Of a stretch of 64,000 nt of DNA, positions 18,206 to 27,214 are shown piece after piece (position 1 is the stretch's first letter; the number at the start of each line of letters is the position of its first letter). Under the pieces are notes generated by a model that was not told the DNA's origin, did no database searches, and saw nothing but the letters and a program-made list of their open reading frames with translations. This stretch comes from an uncultured delta proteobacterium. GTDB lineage: Bacteria; Desulfobacterota; RBG-13-43-22. The position numbers and the translations under genes were made by a program. The DNA is taken from the NCBI GenBank assembly GCA_963821645.1, contig CAWGEQ010000051.1, positions 17,282 through 81,281 of the forward strand. Reading direction: 5' to 3'.

Positions 18206-19939
18206 ATGTCTAAACAAATTGTTATTATCGGTGCTGTCGCCCTGGGTCCCAAGGTTGCCTGCCGGGCCCGCAGGATGGACCCGACGGCACAGGTGATTTT
18301 GATCGAGCAAAGCCATCATTTCTCTTATGGTGGCTGTGGCATTCCCTTCTATATTTCAGGAGACATCAGCGACATTCAAGCCCTCATGTCCACTTCTTTT
18401 CATTTGGTTCGCGATGCTCAATTTTTTAAAGATGCTAAAGGGGTTCAGGTCCATAGTCAAACCCGGGCACTGGCTATTGACCGCCAAAAACGGCGGGTTC
18501 GAATTCAAAACATAGTCAGCGGTGCGGAAGAGGCGCTGTCCTACGACAACCTGGTACTGGCCACAGGGGCTTCTCCGGTCAGGCCGGACATCGACGGGAT
18601 AAACCTCAAAGGGGTTACCGCCATCTCCAATCCCGCTGAGGCCTTGATGATCAAAGAATCCCTCAGTCAAGGCAAGGTCAACCATTGCGTCATCATCGGT
18701 GCCGGTCCCATCGGATTGGAGATGGCCCAGGCCGTTGCCGATCTTTGGGGCGTGGAAACCACCGTTTTGGAAATTCAGGATCAAGTCTTGCCAGGACTCT
18801 TAGACCCGGATCTGGCCCGAATGCTGTTGGCTGAATTAAAGGGTCATGATGTGGACGTTCTTCTGGGAGAACGGGCCGTCAAGATTCTGGGGAATGATCA
18901 AGGGCAGGTCCAAAAGGTGATTACCGAAAACAAAGAATTGCCCGCCGACCTGGTTATCCTGGCCGTTGGGGTTAGGCCGAATACGGTTTTAGCCCAAGAG
19001 GCCGGGCTGGTTGTCGGTAATACCGGCGGAATAGCCGTTAATGAATATCTCCAGACCTCGGACCCTCGTATTTATGCCGGTGGCGATTGCATAGAGGTCT
19101 CCCATCTCATTACCGGACAACCCTGTTTTTTCCCCTCCGGCTCTCTGGCTAACAGACAGGGTCGGGTAATCGGTTCCAATGTGGCCGGGGGCCGGGAAAC
19201 CTTTCCCGGGGTTATCGGAAGTTTTGCCATCAAAGTATTCGATCTGGCGGCAGGACGGTGCGGCCTGACCACGGCTGCAGCCCGGCAAGCCGGATTTGAG
19301 GCCGAAGAGGCGTTGGTGATTCAGTCTGACCGGGCCCATTTCTACCCCGGCCAGGAATTGATGGCCCTGAAGCTCGTGGCCGATCGGAAAACGCGGAGGA
19401 TCCTGGGAATATCCGGGGTCGCCAAAAATGGAGACGCCCTGATGGCTCGCCTCACTGCCGTAGCCGGGGCCTTGCCCTATAATATGACCATAGAAGATGT
19501 GGCCAATCTGGAAATACCCTATTCTCCGCCTTTTGCAGCCGCCATGGATATCCTGAATGCCGTAGCCAACACCCTTAAAAACACCCTGGAAGGCAAGAAC
19601 CGTCCTTTACCCATAGAACAATTTCAGGAGCTCTTTTCCGGTAACAACGAAGAATCTGTCCTATTCTTAGACGTTCGGGGGCCGCGAAATGCCCAGCCTT
19701 ATGTCCAGCAATTAGGCCCTCGCTGGATCAATATTCCCCAGGAAACGCTCTCCCGTCGTCTCGATGAACTGCCCCGGGCGGAAAAACTGGTCCTGGTCTG
19801 TAACTCGGGGGTCCGCTCTTACGAGGCCCAAATTCTCTTAGATGAGGCCGGGATAAAGAATACCCTCAACCTGGCCGGGGGCGTGGCCGGGCTCAAATGG
19901 GCCGGACTAAACCCCCTTAAGGAAGAGGAAGAGAAATAA
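18206..19939 (+). CDS. FAD-dependent pyridine nucleotide-disulfide oxidoreductase (CoA-disulfide reductase/NADH oxidase-like) with a C-terminal rhodanese domain
   Basis: IVIIGAVALGPK is the FAD motif. SYGGCGIP carries the redox Cys, and VLVCNSGVRSYEA is the rhodanese active-site loop. ATG at 18206 is preceded by GGAGG. The longer TTG-started ORF begins inside a repeat. Confidence 0.85.
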   Translation: MSKQIVIIGAVALGPKVACRARRMDPTAQVILIEQSHHFSYGGCGIPFYISGDISDIQALMSTSFHLVRDAQFFKDAKGVQVHSQTRALAIDRQKRRVRIQNIVSGAEEALSYDNLVLATGASPVRPDIDGINLKGVTAISNPAEALMIKESLSQGKVNHCVIIGAGPIGLEMAQAVADLWGVETTVLEIQDQVLPGLLDPDLARMLLAELKGHDVDVLLGERAVKILGNDQGQVQKVITENKELPADLVILAVGVRPNTVLAQEAGLVVGNTGGIAVNEYLQTSDPRIYAGGDCIEVSHLITGQPCFFPSGSLANRQGRVIGSNVAGGRETFPGVIGSFAIKVFDLAAGRCGLTTAAARQAGFEAEEALVIQSDRAHFYPGQELMALKLVADRKTRRILGISGVAKNGDALMARLTAVAGALPYNMTIEDVANLEIPYSPPFAAAMDILNAVANTLKNTLEGKNRPLPIEQFQELFSGNNEESVLFLDVRGPRNAQPYVQQLGPRWINIPQETLSRRLDELPRAEKLVLVCNSGVRSYEAQILLDEAGIKNTLNLAGGVAGLKWAGLNPLKEEEEK

Positions 19940-21708
19940 TGTCATTTTCAAATTTAAAGTCTTCGAAAATTCAAGGCTTGATCCAGGTAGCCAGGGGGCA
20001 AAAAAAAGCCACGACCGTCATTAAGGACATTCACCTGGTCAATGTCTATTCCCATGAAATTCAAAAAAACCTTTCCGTAGGTTTATTCCAGGACCGGATT
20101 GCCTATATCGGCCCGGAGCCGCAAGACCTGATCGGTCCCCAAACACGGATCATTAGCGGTCTGGGGCAATATCTGTTGCCCGGATTTATAGATGGCCATA
20201 CCCATTTGGACAGTATCTTTACCTGCCGCTCCTACGCCCCCTATGCCTTAGCTACCGGCAATACCACGGCCATTACCGAAATGGCTATGATCGGCAATGT
20301 TTTCGGAAGGAAAGGCATCGATCTGTTTATGCAGGAGGCTATGGGCCTTCCCTTCAAGATTTTTTTTCTGGCCCCGGTCCTGACACCACCTTATCCCGAA
20401 CTGGAAACGAGCATGGGGATGACCCCCAAGGAATTCGCCGGCCTTCTGAAAAAACCGGAGGTCTTGGGTATCGGAGAGGCCTACTGGCCGAGGGTCTTGG
20501 GTTTGGATCCCCGGGTCATGGCCGGCTATCCCCTGGCCCATCATTTAAACAAGACACGGGAAGGGCATGCCGCCGGGGCCAGGGAGAAAAACTTGATCGC
20601 TTATGTGGCCGCCGGAGCCACCTCCTGTCATGAATCGACCAATCCCGATGAGGCCATCGAGCGGCTTCGGCTGGGAATGGCGGTCATGGTCCGTGAAGGC
20701 TTTGTGCGTTCCGAGCTTAAAGCCGTCGCGCCCATTGCCCGAATGGGTCTTGACCTGAGCCGGCTCATGCTCGTCTCCGATGTGTTTCATCCGGCCCAAC
20801 TGCTTCAAAAAAAGGGAATGAATGATTTATTGGCCCAGGCCGTGGCCTTTGGTTTTGATCCAATAACCGCTGTCCAGACCGTAACACGGAATGTGGCCGA
20901 TTATTTCGGCCTGAAGGATTTGGGCGGAATCGCCCCGGGAAAGTCGGCCGACCTGGTCCTGGTGGACAATTTAACGGATTTTAATTGTCTGAAAGTCTGG
21001 ACCAATGGTGAACTTGTCTGGGATCAGGGGAAATGGGTCAAGGATGTGCCGCCTTTTACTTATCCTCTTGAGACCAGTGAGTCTTTTTCGATTTCAAGGG
21101 TTACGCCGGATCTTTTTTGCATTCCTTCTTCGACTTCCAAGGCCTCGGTCCGAACGGTCATGGCCGTCAACCATACTATAACCAGAGAAGGGCAGGCCCA
21201 ACTCGAGAGTAAAAAAGGAGCACTGCAGACAGATCCCGATCAAGATGTTTTAAAAGTAGCCGTCTTTCAGCGGCGAGAAGCAGGCCTCCGCCCGTCCCTC
21301 GGTTTTTGCCAGGGCATAGGACTGAAAAAGGGGGCCCTGGCTACCAGCCTGAATTGGGATACCAATAACATTCTGGTCATCGGGGTTACCGATCAGGAGA
21401 TGGCCCTGGCGGTTAATCGCCTTTTGGAATTGAAAGGAGGGATAGTGGTCTGCCGGGAGGATCGTATCCTGGCCGAAATGCCCATGCCGGTTATGGGGCT
21501 GATCTCCGAAGAACCCCTGCCGGTTTTGACTCGACAGATCGAAGAAATAGACCGGGCGATCCAATCTCTGGGCTCGGCCCTGGAGAGTCCCTTCCTGGCT
21601 TTGCAGACCTTTTGTTTTACGGGTTTGCCCTTTATTCGCCTGACGGACAAAGGCCTGGCGGATATAAGGAAGAAGGAGTTGGTGGGAATGTTATTAGGGA
21701 ATGATTGA
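19939..21708 (+). CDS. ade: Adenine deaminase
   Basis: LLPGFIDGHTHLDS and an amidohydrolase fold, 589 aa. The start overlaps the upstream stop (TAATG). Confidence 0.8.
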   Translation: MSFSNLKSSKIQGLIQVARGQKKATTVIKDIHLVNVYSHEIQKNLSVGLFQDRIAYIGPEPQDLIGPQTRIISGLGQYLLPGFIDGHTHLDSIFTCRSYAPYALATGNTTAITEMAMIGNVFGRKGIDLFMQEAMGLPFKIFFLAPVLTPPYPELETSMGMTPKEFAGLLKKPEVLGIGEAYWPRVLGLDPRVMAGYPLAHHLNKTREGHAAGAREKNLIAYVAAGATSCHESTNPDEAIERLRLGMAVMVREGFVRSELKAVAPIARMGLDLSRLMLVSDVFHPAQLLQKKGMNDLLAQAVAFGFDPITAVQTVTRNVADYFGLKDLGGIAPGKSADLVLVDNLTDFNCLKVWTNGELVWDQGKWVKDVPPFTYPLETSESFSISRVTPDLFCIPSSTSKASVRTVMAVNHTITREGQAQLESKKGALQTDPDQDVLKVAVFQRREAGLRPSLGFCQGIGLKKGALATSLNWDTNNILVIGVTDQEMALAVNRLLELKGGIVVCREDRILAEMPMPVMGLISEEPLPVLTRQIEEIDRAIQSLGSALESPFLALQTFCFTGLPFIRLTDKGLADIRKKELVGMLLGND

Positions 21709-21778
21709 TGTAAAGGTGTACGGTTCAAGGTTTAGGGTTCAAGGTAAAACCCTACGCCTTGCGCCCTGCACCTTATGG
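21709..21778. repeat. Heptamer-periodic imperfect hairpin (AAGGT/ACCTT type)
   Basis: GTAAAGGTGTACGGTTCAAGGTTTAGGGTTCAAGGTA / ACCCTACGCCTTGCGCCCTGCACCTTATG. It lies between convergent genes. Confidence 0.8.
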
Positions 21779-21784
21779 GTTTTT

Positions 21785-22282
21785 TTATTCCCCCTGCAAT
21801 ATCTTCAATTCCTCCTCCCCGACTACTTCCAGGAGTACATCTCCCAGGACTTTGGCTGTCTCCCCGACAAAACGGGTGCATTCGTCCCTGCGTCCGTCGG
21901 TTCTCCTGGCCTTCACATCTTCCGGATCATACCAATTACACCTTGAAATCGTCTGACAGCTTGTGTCTCCATAGGTTTCGACCGCTAAATTTTTTAAACG
22001 GTCATAGATCACTTTTATCGTCGGGGTCAATCGGGCATCTTCCATTTCGTCTTTATTGGCACCGGCAAAGAGGCATCCAATCACCTGAACGGCCCCGCCT
22101 ATGGCCCCGCACAGATCTCCCCGGTAACACCCCCCGGTTAAACCGGCCATGGCCCGCATGGCTACATCCCTCTCTTCTTCTCCAATCATATCCAGGCCCA
22201 CGGCCAGGACGGCCTGGGCTCAATAAAAATCATTAGCAAAGAGATCCATGGCCTTTTCACGCATGTTTTCAGGGGTCACCAT
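21785..22282 (-). CDS. C_GCAxxG_C_C family redox protein, a candidate selenoprotein (Sec codon at 22220-22222)
   Basis: ATG at 22280-22282 has AAGGAGA 8 nt upstream. The reading is MVTPENMREKAMDLFANDFY-TGA-AQAVLAVG...GDLCGAIGGA...DTSCQTI...DECTRFV. The TGA sits exactly where the family has its first conserved Cys (xCAQAvL). Confidence 0.7.
22192..22217 (-). promoter_or_regulatory. Candidate SECIS-like stem-loop 3' of the in-frame UGA
   Basis: The mRNA reads UGA-GC-CCAGGCC-N12-GGCCUGG, giving a 7-bp GC-rich stem that starts 3 nt after the UGA. I have not scored it against any model. Confidence 0.35.
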
Positions 22283-22454
22283 AAAACCAGTCTCCTTATC
22301 TTAAAAAACTCACAATCCAATCCTCCAGGTCACAAACCTCCTGGCCGAACATTCCTCTCAAGCTTTCAAAAATCCGTTCATAGCGGCCAGCCGGTTTTCC
22401 TGTTCGGCGACCTGTTCGGTCAATTGTCGGGTATAATAACCATTCCGAAGTCTT

Positions 22455-22483
22455 TTGACAATCCTTCTTTTTCGCATTACAAT
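22455..22483 (+). promoter_or_regulatory. Candidate sigma70 promoter for the cytochrome genes (TTGACA-N17-TACAAT)
   Basis: -35 at 22455-22460 and -10 at 22478-22483 with an exact 17-nt spacer. It lies about 150 nt upstream of the 22633 start. Confidence 0.55.
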
Positions 22484-22512
22484 TTCGGTAACAACTTGGT
22501 CTTAAGAAAAAC

Positions 22513-22600
22513 TTTTGGTCTGACAGGATTAACAGGATTGACCTGTTTTTTTGCTCAGGTTCCGGAAGACCCTGAGCAACCTCAATCCGCTTTCCGGCGG
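22513..22600 (+). repeat. Copy A of a ~90-nt repeat: TGACAGGAT..ACC.TTTTTTTGCTCAGG-N10-CCTGAGCAACC..ATCCGCTTTC
   Basis: It aligns along its length with 42583-42665 and contains a 9-bp stem (TTGCTCAGG/CCTGAGCAA). Confidence 0.8.
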
Positions 22601-22632
22601 AGGCTAAGACTTTCGGACGGATACCCCCTGGT

Positions 22633-24750
22633 ATGAATCATAGACCCTTTATATTCTTTTGCGTTTCTCTTGCCCTTCTCCTGACGCTCGGGGCGGCCTA
22701 TTTTTTTGAACAAAAACTCTCCTGGAAAACCATTCAAAGAAAGACTATTTTAAGACCGGAAATAAAAGAACTGATTCTGTTTGACGGAAAGGTTCGGGAA
22801 CGGTGTTTGACCTGCCACGAGGGTATTGAAGAGATCTCCCCTTCCCACCCCATCCGGACCTTCGGGTGCACCCTGTGTCATGGGGGGAATGGACTGGCTC
22901 TGGATAAACACCTGGCCCACCAGAATCTTCTTGGGGGGAGAAACCCTTCTGATTTTCGGGTCGTCCGTCTTACCTGCGGCCGCCGCGCTCCGGATGGAAC
23001 CCTCTGTCATTCGGGACACCCGGGAATCGAAAAGGATCCTGCTGAAACGGCGCCCAAAAGCCTGATGGCCACCATGGCCGGAGTTATCGCCGGATTAAGG
23101 ATCACCTGGGGCGCACAGGAAACCCCGGACGCCATTTATGCTTCGGTGGGGGTTAAAGGGCCCAACCGGATTCTGCAAACCATTCCGGTGTTCCAGCAGG
23201 AAGGTTTGCCTAAAGATGACCGGGGAAACACAAAAGCGATTGACGATCTGGGAAATCCGATAAGCATTTCCGGTCAGTACGCCGATGATCACTGGCGTAA
23301 GTTTTGCTCCCGCTGCCATCTTTATAATCAACGTCCTTCCGGCAAAAATGCCCATGGCGGCGGATGTTCCTCCTGTCATGTTTTAAGAAACGATACCGGA
23401 CATTATGAGGGGAAAGACCAGGCCATTTCAAAGTCCCGGGAAGGATATGGGCAAATCCACCGCCTGACGACCTCTATTCCCACCAGCCAATGTCTGCGGT
23501 GTCATAATCGCAGTGGACGGATAGGTCTCACCTTCACCGGTCTTATGGAATCCGATCAATATGGGACCCCCTATCAAAATGGAAAATTGAACCCCCTTCG
23601 TCTCAGCGATGATCGATTTGTGTTGCCTTTGACCCCGGATATCCATTTTGAAAAAGGGCTGCAGTGTATCGACTGCCACACCGCCAGGGAGATTATGGGA
23701 GACGGCCGGATTTATTCCCGTATGTCTCAAGCCGTCGAGATACGCTGCCGGGATTGTCATGGAACGGAAAATGAATTTCCCAAGGTTTACCGGGTCCGCT
23801 CGGAAAAAGATCCCGCCCTATGGGCCTCGTCTTATATAAAGGTGCCTCCCTTGAAAGTCGGAGACGCACTCCTGGCCACATCCCGGGGCGGTTACCTGAT
23901 CAATGTGCGTAAAGAACCGCAGGGTTTTTTTCTCTACGGCAAGGTGGACGGAAAGCGCCATCCCCTGAAAATCATAACCAAGAATCCGGGGCCCCATATT
24001 CTGCCGGGACATTCTTCCCGGAGGATGGAATGCTTCTCCTGCCATTCCCGCTGGGCCCCCCAATGCTATGGCTGTCATGACTACCGGAAAAACGGTCAAA
24101 GGCAATGGGACTCCATGACCAAACGGGAATCACCGGGACGCTGGCAGGAAACCAGGGATTATTTTCGCTTTGAAGACCCTCCCCTGGGCATCAACCAGCG
24201 CAACAAGGTTTCTCCCTTTATGCCGGGATGCCAGGTACTGACTACTATCCTGGACCCCGAAAACCATCCCCTTCCCGGATGGGACCGGGTCTTGCATCGA
24301 AGGGCCAATTTTTCAGGGATCGTTTCCGGCCCAATTAATCCCCATTCCATCCGGAAGGAAGTCCGCTCCTGTCCCGACTGCCATAACAATCCCAAGGCCC
24401 TGGGCCTGGGAAGCGGGATTTTGTCTTTAGGCCGATCATGGAAAGACAATAAACACCTTTCCCCTTTTATTGGAGAAAAGGCCTTTCCCCATTCCTGGGA
24501 ATCCTTTGCCGCCCCGGACGGACGGCCTTTACAATCGATCTCTCACCCGGGAGCCCGGTTTTTTGATCAAAAGGATTTAAGAAAAATCCTTCAGGTAACG
24601 CCCTGTCTGCCCTGTCATGATTCTTATCGAGACCCCATATATCAGGACATAAAAAAAAGCTATGTCCTGGATCGAACCCCGAAGCACAAAGGGATAGTTG
24701 CGGATTATCTATCCCTGACAAAGGGAGGTGCGAAACCCGGGCGCCCATGA
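22633..24750 (+). CDS. Multihaem c-type cytochrome, N-terminally membrane-anchored (11 CxxCH plus one CX9CH)
   Basis: CxxCH motifs: CLTCH, CTLCH, CSRCH, CSSCH, CLRCH, CIDCH, CRDCH, CFSCH, CYGCH, CPDCH and CLPCH. CGRRAPDGTLCH aligns to a canonical site in the paralog. There is an N-terminal hydrophobic segment. Confidence 0.9.
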   Translation: MNHRPFIFFCVSLALLLTLGAAYFFEQKLSWKTIQRKTILRPEIKELILFDGKVRERCLTCHEGIEEISPSHPIRTFGCTLCHGGNGLALDKHLAHQNLLGGRNPSDFRVVRLTCGRRAPDGTLCHSGHPGIEKDPAETAPKSLMATMAGVIAGLRITWGAQETPDAIYASVGVKGPNRILQTIPVFQQEGLPKDDRGNTKAIDDLGNPISISGQYADDHWRKFCSRCHLYNQRPSGKNAHGGGCSSCHVLRNDTGHYEGKDQAISKSREGYGQIHRLTTSIPTSQCLRCHNRSGRIGLTFTGLMESDQYGTPYQNGKLNPLRLSDDRFVLPLTPDIHFEKGLQCIDCHTAREIMGDGRIYSRMSQAVEIRCRDCHGTENEFPKVYRVRSEKDPALWASSYIKVPPLKVGDALLATSRGGYLINVRKEPQGFFLYGKVDGKRHPLKIITKNPGPHILPGHSSRRMECFSCHSRWAPQCYGCHDYRKNGQRQWDSMTKRESPGRWQETRDYFRFEDPPLGINQRNKVSPFMPGCQVLTTILDPENHPLPGWDRVLHRRANFSGIVSGPINPHSIRKEVRSCPDCHNNPKALGLGSGILSLGRSWKDNKHLSPFIGEKAFPHSWESFAAPDGRPLQSISHPGARFFDQKDLRKILQVTPCLPCHDSYRDPIYQDIKKSYVLDRTPKHKGIVADYLSLTKGGAKPGRP

Positions 24751-24790
24751 TCAGCAAAAAACGAATGTCGAAAGAAGGAAAAAACAAATA

Positions 24791-24829
24791 ACTTCATGAT
24801 TCGAAATTCGTTATTCGATATTCGACATT
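24791..24829. repeat. TTCGATA-type heptamer element (single arm): CTTCATGATTCGAAATTCGTTATTCGATATTCGACATTC
   Basis: Read directly. It lies between the two cytochrome genes. Confidence 0.8.
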
Positions 24830-24874
24830 CAAGTTTTTTATTAAACCCTCATTCTTTTAAAAGGATTCCCTGAA

Positions 24875-26800
24875 GTGACCAAATGGTTTTTATTGCCCTG
24901 CCTGATTCTCGCCCTGTTCATTATCATGACCGATCATCCTCAATCCGCCAACCAGGGCTGTCTTTCCTGTCATCAGGGGATTGAGTCACCGGGGCCGAAC
25001 CACCGGTTTCCCTGCGAGCGATGCCATGGGGGAAATGTTCAGGCAGAGTCCCGAGAAAAAGCTCATCAAGGACTGATTGCCAATCCCTCCTCTTTGGATC
25101 AGGCACACAACCGATGTGTCCCCTGCCATCAGGAACAAATTAACAGAGTTCGACATTCCCTCATGGCCACCTCGGCCGGAGAAATCAATCAGACCCGTTA
25201 TTTGTGGGGCGCCCAGGAGGACACCGACCCCCGGTATCTGAACCGAAAAATGGACCGATATCCGGCGATACCTGTTTTTTCGGAAAGCGGTCAATTGGTT
25301 GACGACCTGCTGAGACGCCGTTGCCTTCGATGTCATCTCCATTCCACGGGGACCAAGAGATACGGAGAATGGCGGGCTGAGGGATGTGCGGCCTGCCATA
25401 TGCCCTATGCCCCCGACGGTCTTAGTCAAAGCAGGGACAAAGCCATCAGGTCGGTGGCCGATCAAATCCGGGAAGACCCCCATCGACAAAAGCGGGGCTA
25501 TCCCTTAACCCATCAATTCACCAGGGCGGTGCCGACGGAGCAATGCCTGACCTGTCACAACGGACATCGGGTCGGAATGGATTTTGTTGGCCTGGCGGAG
25601 CGGGATTATGACCAGAGCTACCGCTTTTTCTCCAAAGACGGGGAACAGGCGTCTTTGATCTACGGTTTTGACCCTCGCCGAATGACACCGGATATCCATT
25701 TTGAAAAAGGGCTGGGCTGCCTTGATTGCCATGCCTCCGGTGATGTTATGGGGGATGGAAAAGTTTATGCCCACTCAATGGAACAGGTGGCTATCCGCTG
25801 TCAGGATTGTCATGGGACACCGCAACACGAACCCCGGACAAAGATTTTGCCCCTTTCGGCGAATGGCCCTCTAAACGAAAAAGACAAAACGGTCCGGCAG
25901 GAAATCGTTCTGGATTCAAAGGGGAACCCTCTCCTGCACGTCAAAAAAGAAGCTAACGGCCTATTTCTATATTCAAAATCAAACAACAGTAAACACAGGG
26001 TCCCCTTGATATCCGCCGGAGCAACGGCCTTATCCCACCGCATCCCCGAGCATATCCGCGGGATGGAATGCCACAGTTGCCACGCCCTTTGGTCCTATCA
26101 GGATTTTGGTTTTCATCTGATCCGGGAAGATCGACCCGATTATGAAAAATGGGCCCCTTTATGGCTTCAAAACGATCCCCAGGTTCAGGACCTTCTGCGG
26201 AAGAATCTCCCTTTGAAAAAAGACCTGCGGTCCCCTCCCCTTTCCCGCGATTATTTGACGGGTACCCTTTCCCCTGGGATCTGGTATTCCGGGTGGAGTT
26301 ACCGCCGTCTGGAATCCCCTATTTTCGGCATCAACGAAAGGGGACGGACCAGTGTTTTTCGCCCCCTCCATCAGTTCGTAGTCAGCCAGGTGGATGGGAA
26401 AGGAAGGGTTGTGTTGAACAGTCAAGTTTTAAGGACCAAAGACGGAAAACCGGGTTTAGGATTTAATCCCTATGCCCCCCATACCATACGCCGGGAGACC
26501 CTCCGTTGCGAGGGATGCCACACCAATCTTAGGGCCTTGGGTTTGGGAAACCTGATGGCCCAAGAGGACGGAAAGGGGAATTTCAAGTTATCTCCTCCGC
26601 TTACCAACCCCAGAAATGGCGGCCTGAATATCCCCTTTGAGTGGGAAGCCCTCATTGATGAGAAAGGGACCCCCTTGCAAACCCAAACCCGCCCGGGAGC
26701 CCGGCCATACAATGAAAAAGAAATAAGAAGATTGATGACCAAATCAAAGGCCTATAAGGGCTTTTATACCCTTTATTATCAGGAAAAGGGGAGGTATTGA
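24875..26800 (+). CDS. Multihaem c-type cytochrome, paralog of 22633-24750 (10 CxxCH)
   Basis: CxxCH motifs: CLSCH, CERCH, CVPCH, CLRCH, CAACH, CLTCH, CLDCH, CQDCH, CHSCH and CEGCH. It shares blocks with the paralog, such as TPDIHFEKGLGCLDCH..MGDGKVY...IRCQDCHGT. Confidence 0.9.
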   Translation: MTKWFLLPCLILALFIIMTDHPQSANQGCLSCHQGIESPGPNHRFPCERCHGGNVQAESREKAHQGLIANPSSLDQAHNRCVPCHQEQINRVRHSLMATSAGEINQTRYLWGAQEDTDPRYLNRKMDRYPAIPVFSESGQLVDDLLRRRCLRCHLHSTGTKRYGEWRAEGCAACHMPYAPDGLSQSRDKAIRSVADQIREDPHRQKRGYPLTHQFTRAVPTEQCLTCHNGHRVGMDFVGLAERDYDQSYRFFSKDGEQASLIYGFDPRRMTPDIHFEKGLGCLDCHASGDVMGDGKVYAHSMEQVAIRCQDCHGTPQHEPRTKILPLSANGPLNEKDKTVRQEIVLDSKGNPLLHVKKEANGLFLYSKSNNSKHRVPLISAGATALSHRIPEHIRGMECHSCHALWSYQDFGFHLIREDRPDYEKWAPLWLQNDPQVQDLLRKNLPLKKDLRSPPLSRDYLTGTLSPGIWYSGWSYRRLESPIFGINERGRTSVFRPLHQFVVSQVDGKGRVVLNSQVLRTKDGKPGLGFNPYAPHTIRRETLRCEGCHTNLRALGLGNLMAQEDGKGNFKLSPPLTNPRNGGLNIPFEWEALIDEKGTPLQTQTRPGARPYNEKEIRRLMTKSKAYKGFYTLYYQEKGRY

Positions 26801-26845
26801 CGGAAGTGACCGACGGAGGTTAGACAGAAGAGCTACCGACCTTAA

Positions 26846-27010
26846 TTATCCGGTAAAGGCCTTTATGCCAGGAAAATTATTCACATAGGAGCGGAAACCC
26901 ATGTCGCTGAAGTCACCCGCTTGATGGTCAAACATAATATCGGCCGACTGCCGTTCCTAAAAGGCGATAAATTGATCGGGATCATCACCCGATCCGATAT
27001 TATGAGATAA
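26846..27010 (+). pseudogene. Start-less CBS-domain C-terminal fragment
   Basis: The open frame reads ..ARKIIHIGAETHVAEVTRLMVKHNIGRLPFLKGDKLIGIITRSDIMR*. There is no in-frame start upstream of the CBS motif. Confidence 0.35.
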
Positions 27011-27214
27011 CTACTACGATATGCTTCCGGATTAGGGCGTAGTAGTGCTGGTAGGGCACCTTATCGTAACAGTGGCGGAGCCTTTAAGCGTCGTTCCTGT
27101 GATAAAAGCGGTAATCTGGGTATCAACCGGGGAAGGGTTGTCTACTTGTAAGGACGCCGTGGTAGTTGTTGAGTAGCAGCGGTAGAAAGTAAAAGGTCGT
27201 CGATAAAACTCCGC

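Noticed and set aside
22521-22526. TGACAG/TTGACA-like hexamers inside the ~90-nt repeat as promoters.
   Set aside because: The second copy sits between convergent gene ends, where no promoter is needed, and the spacing to any -10 is poor. A better promoter lies at 22455-22483.
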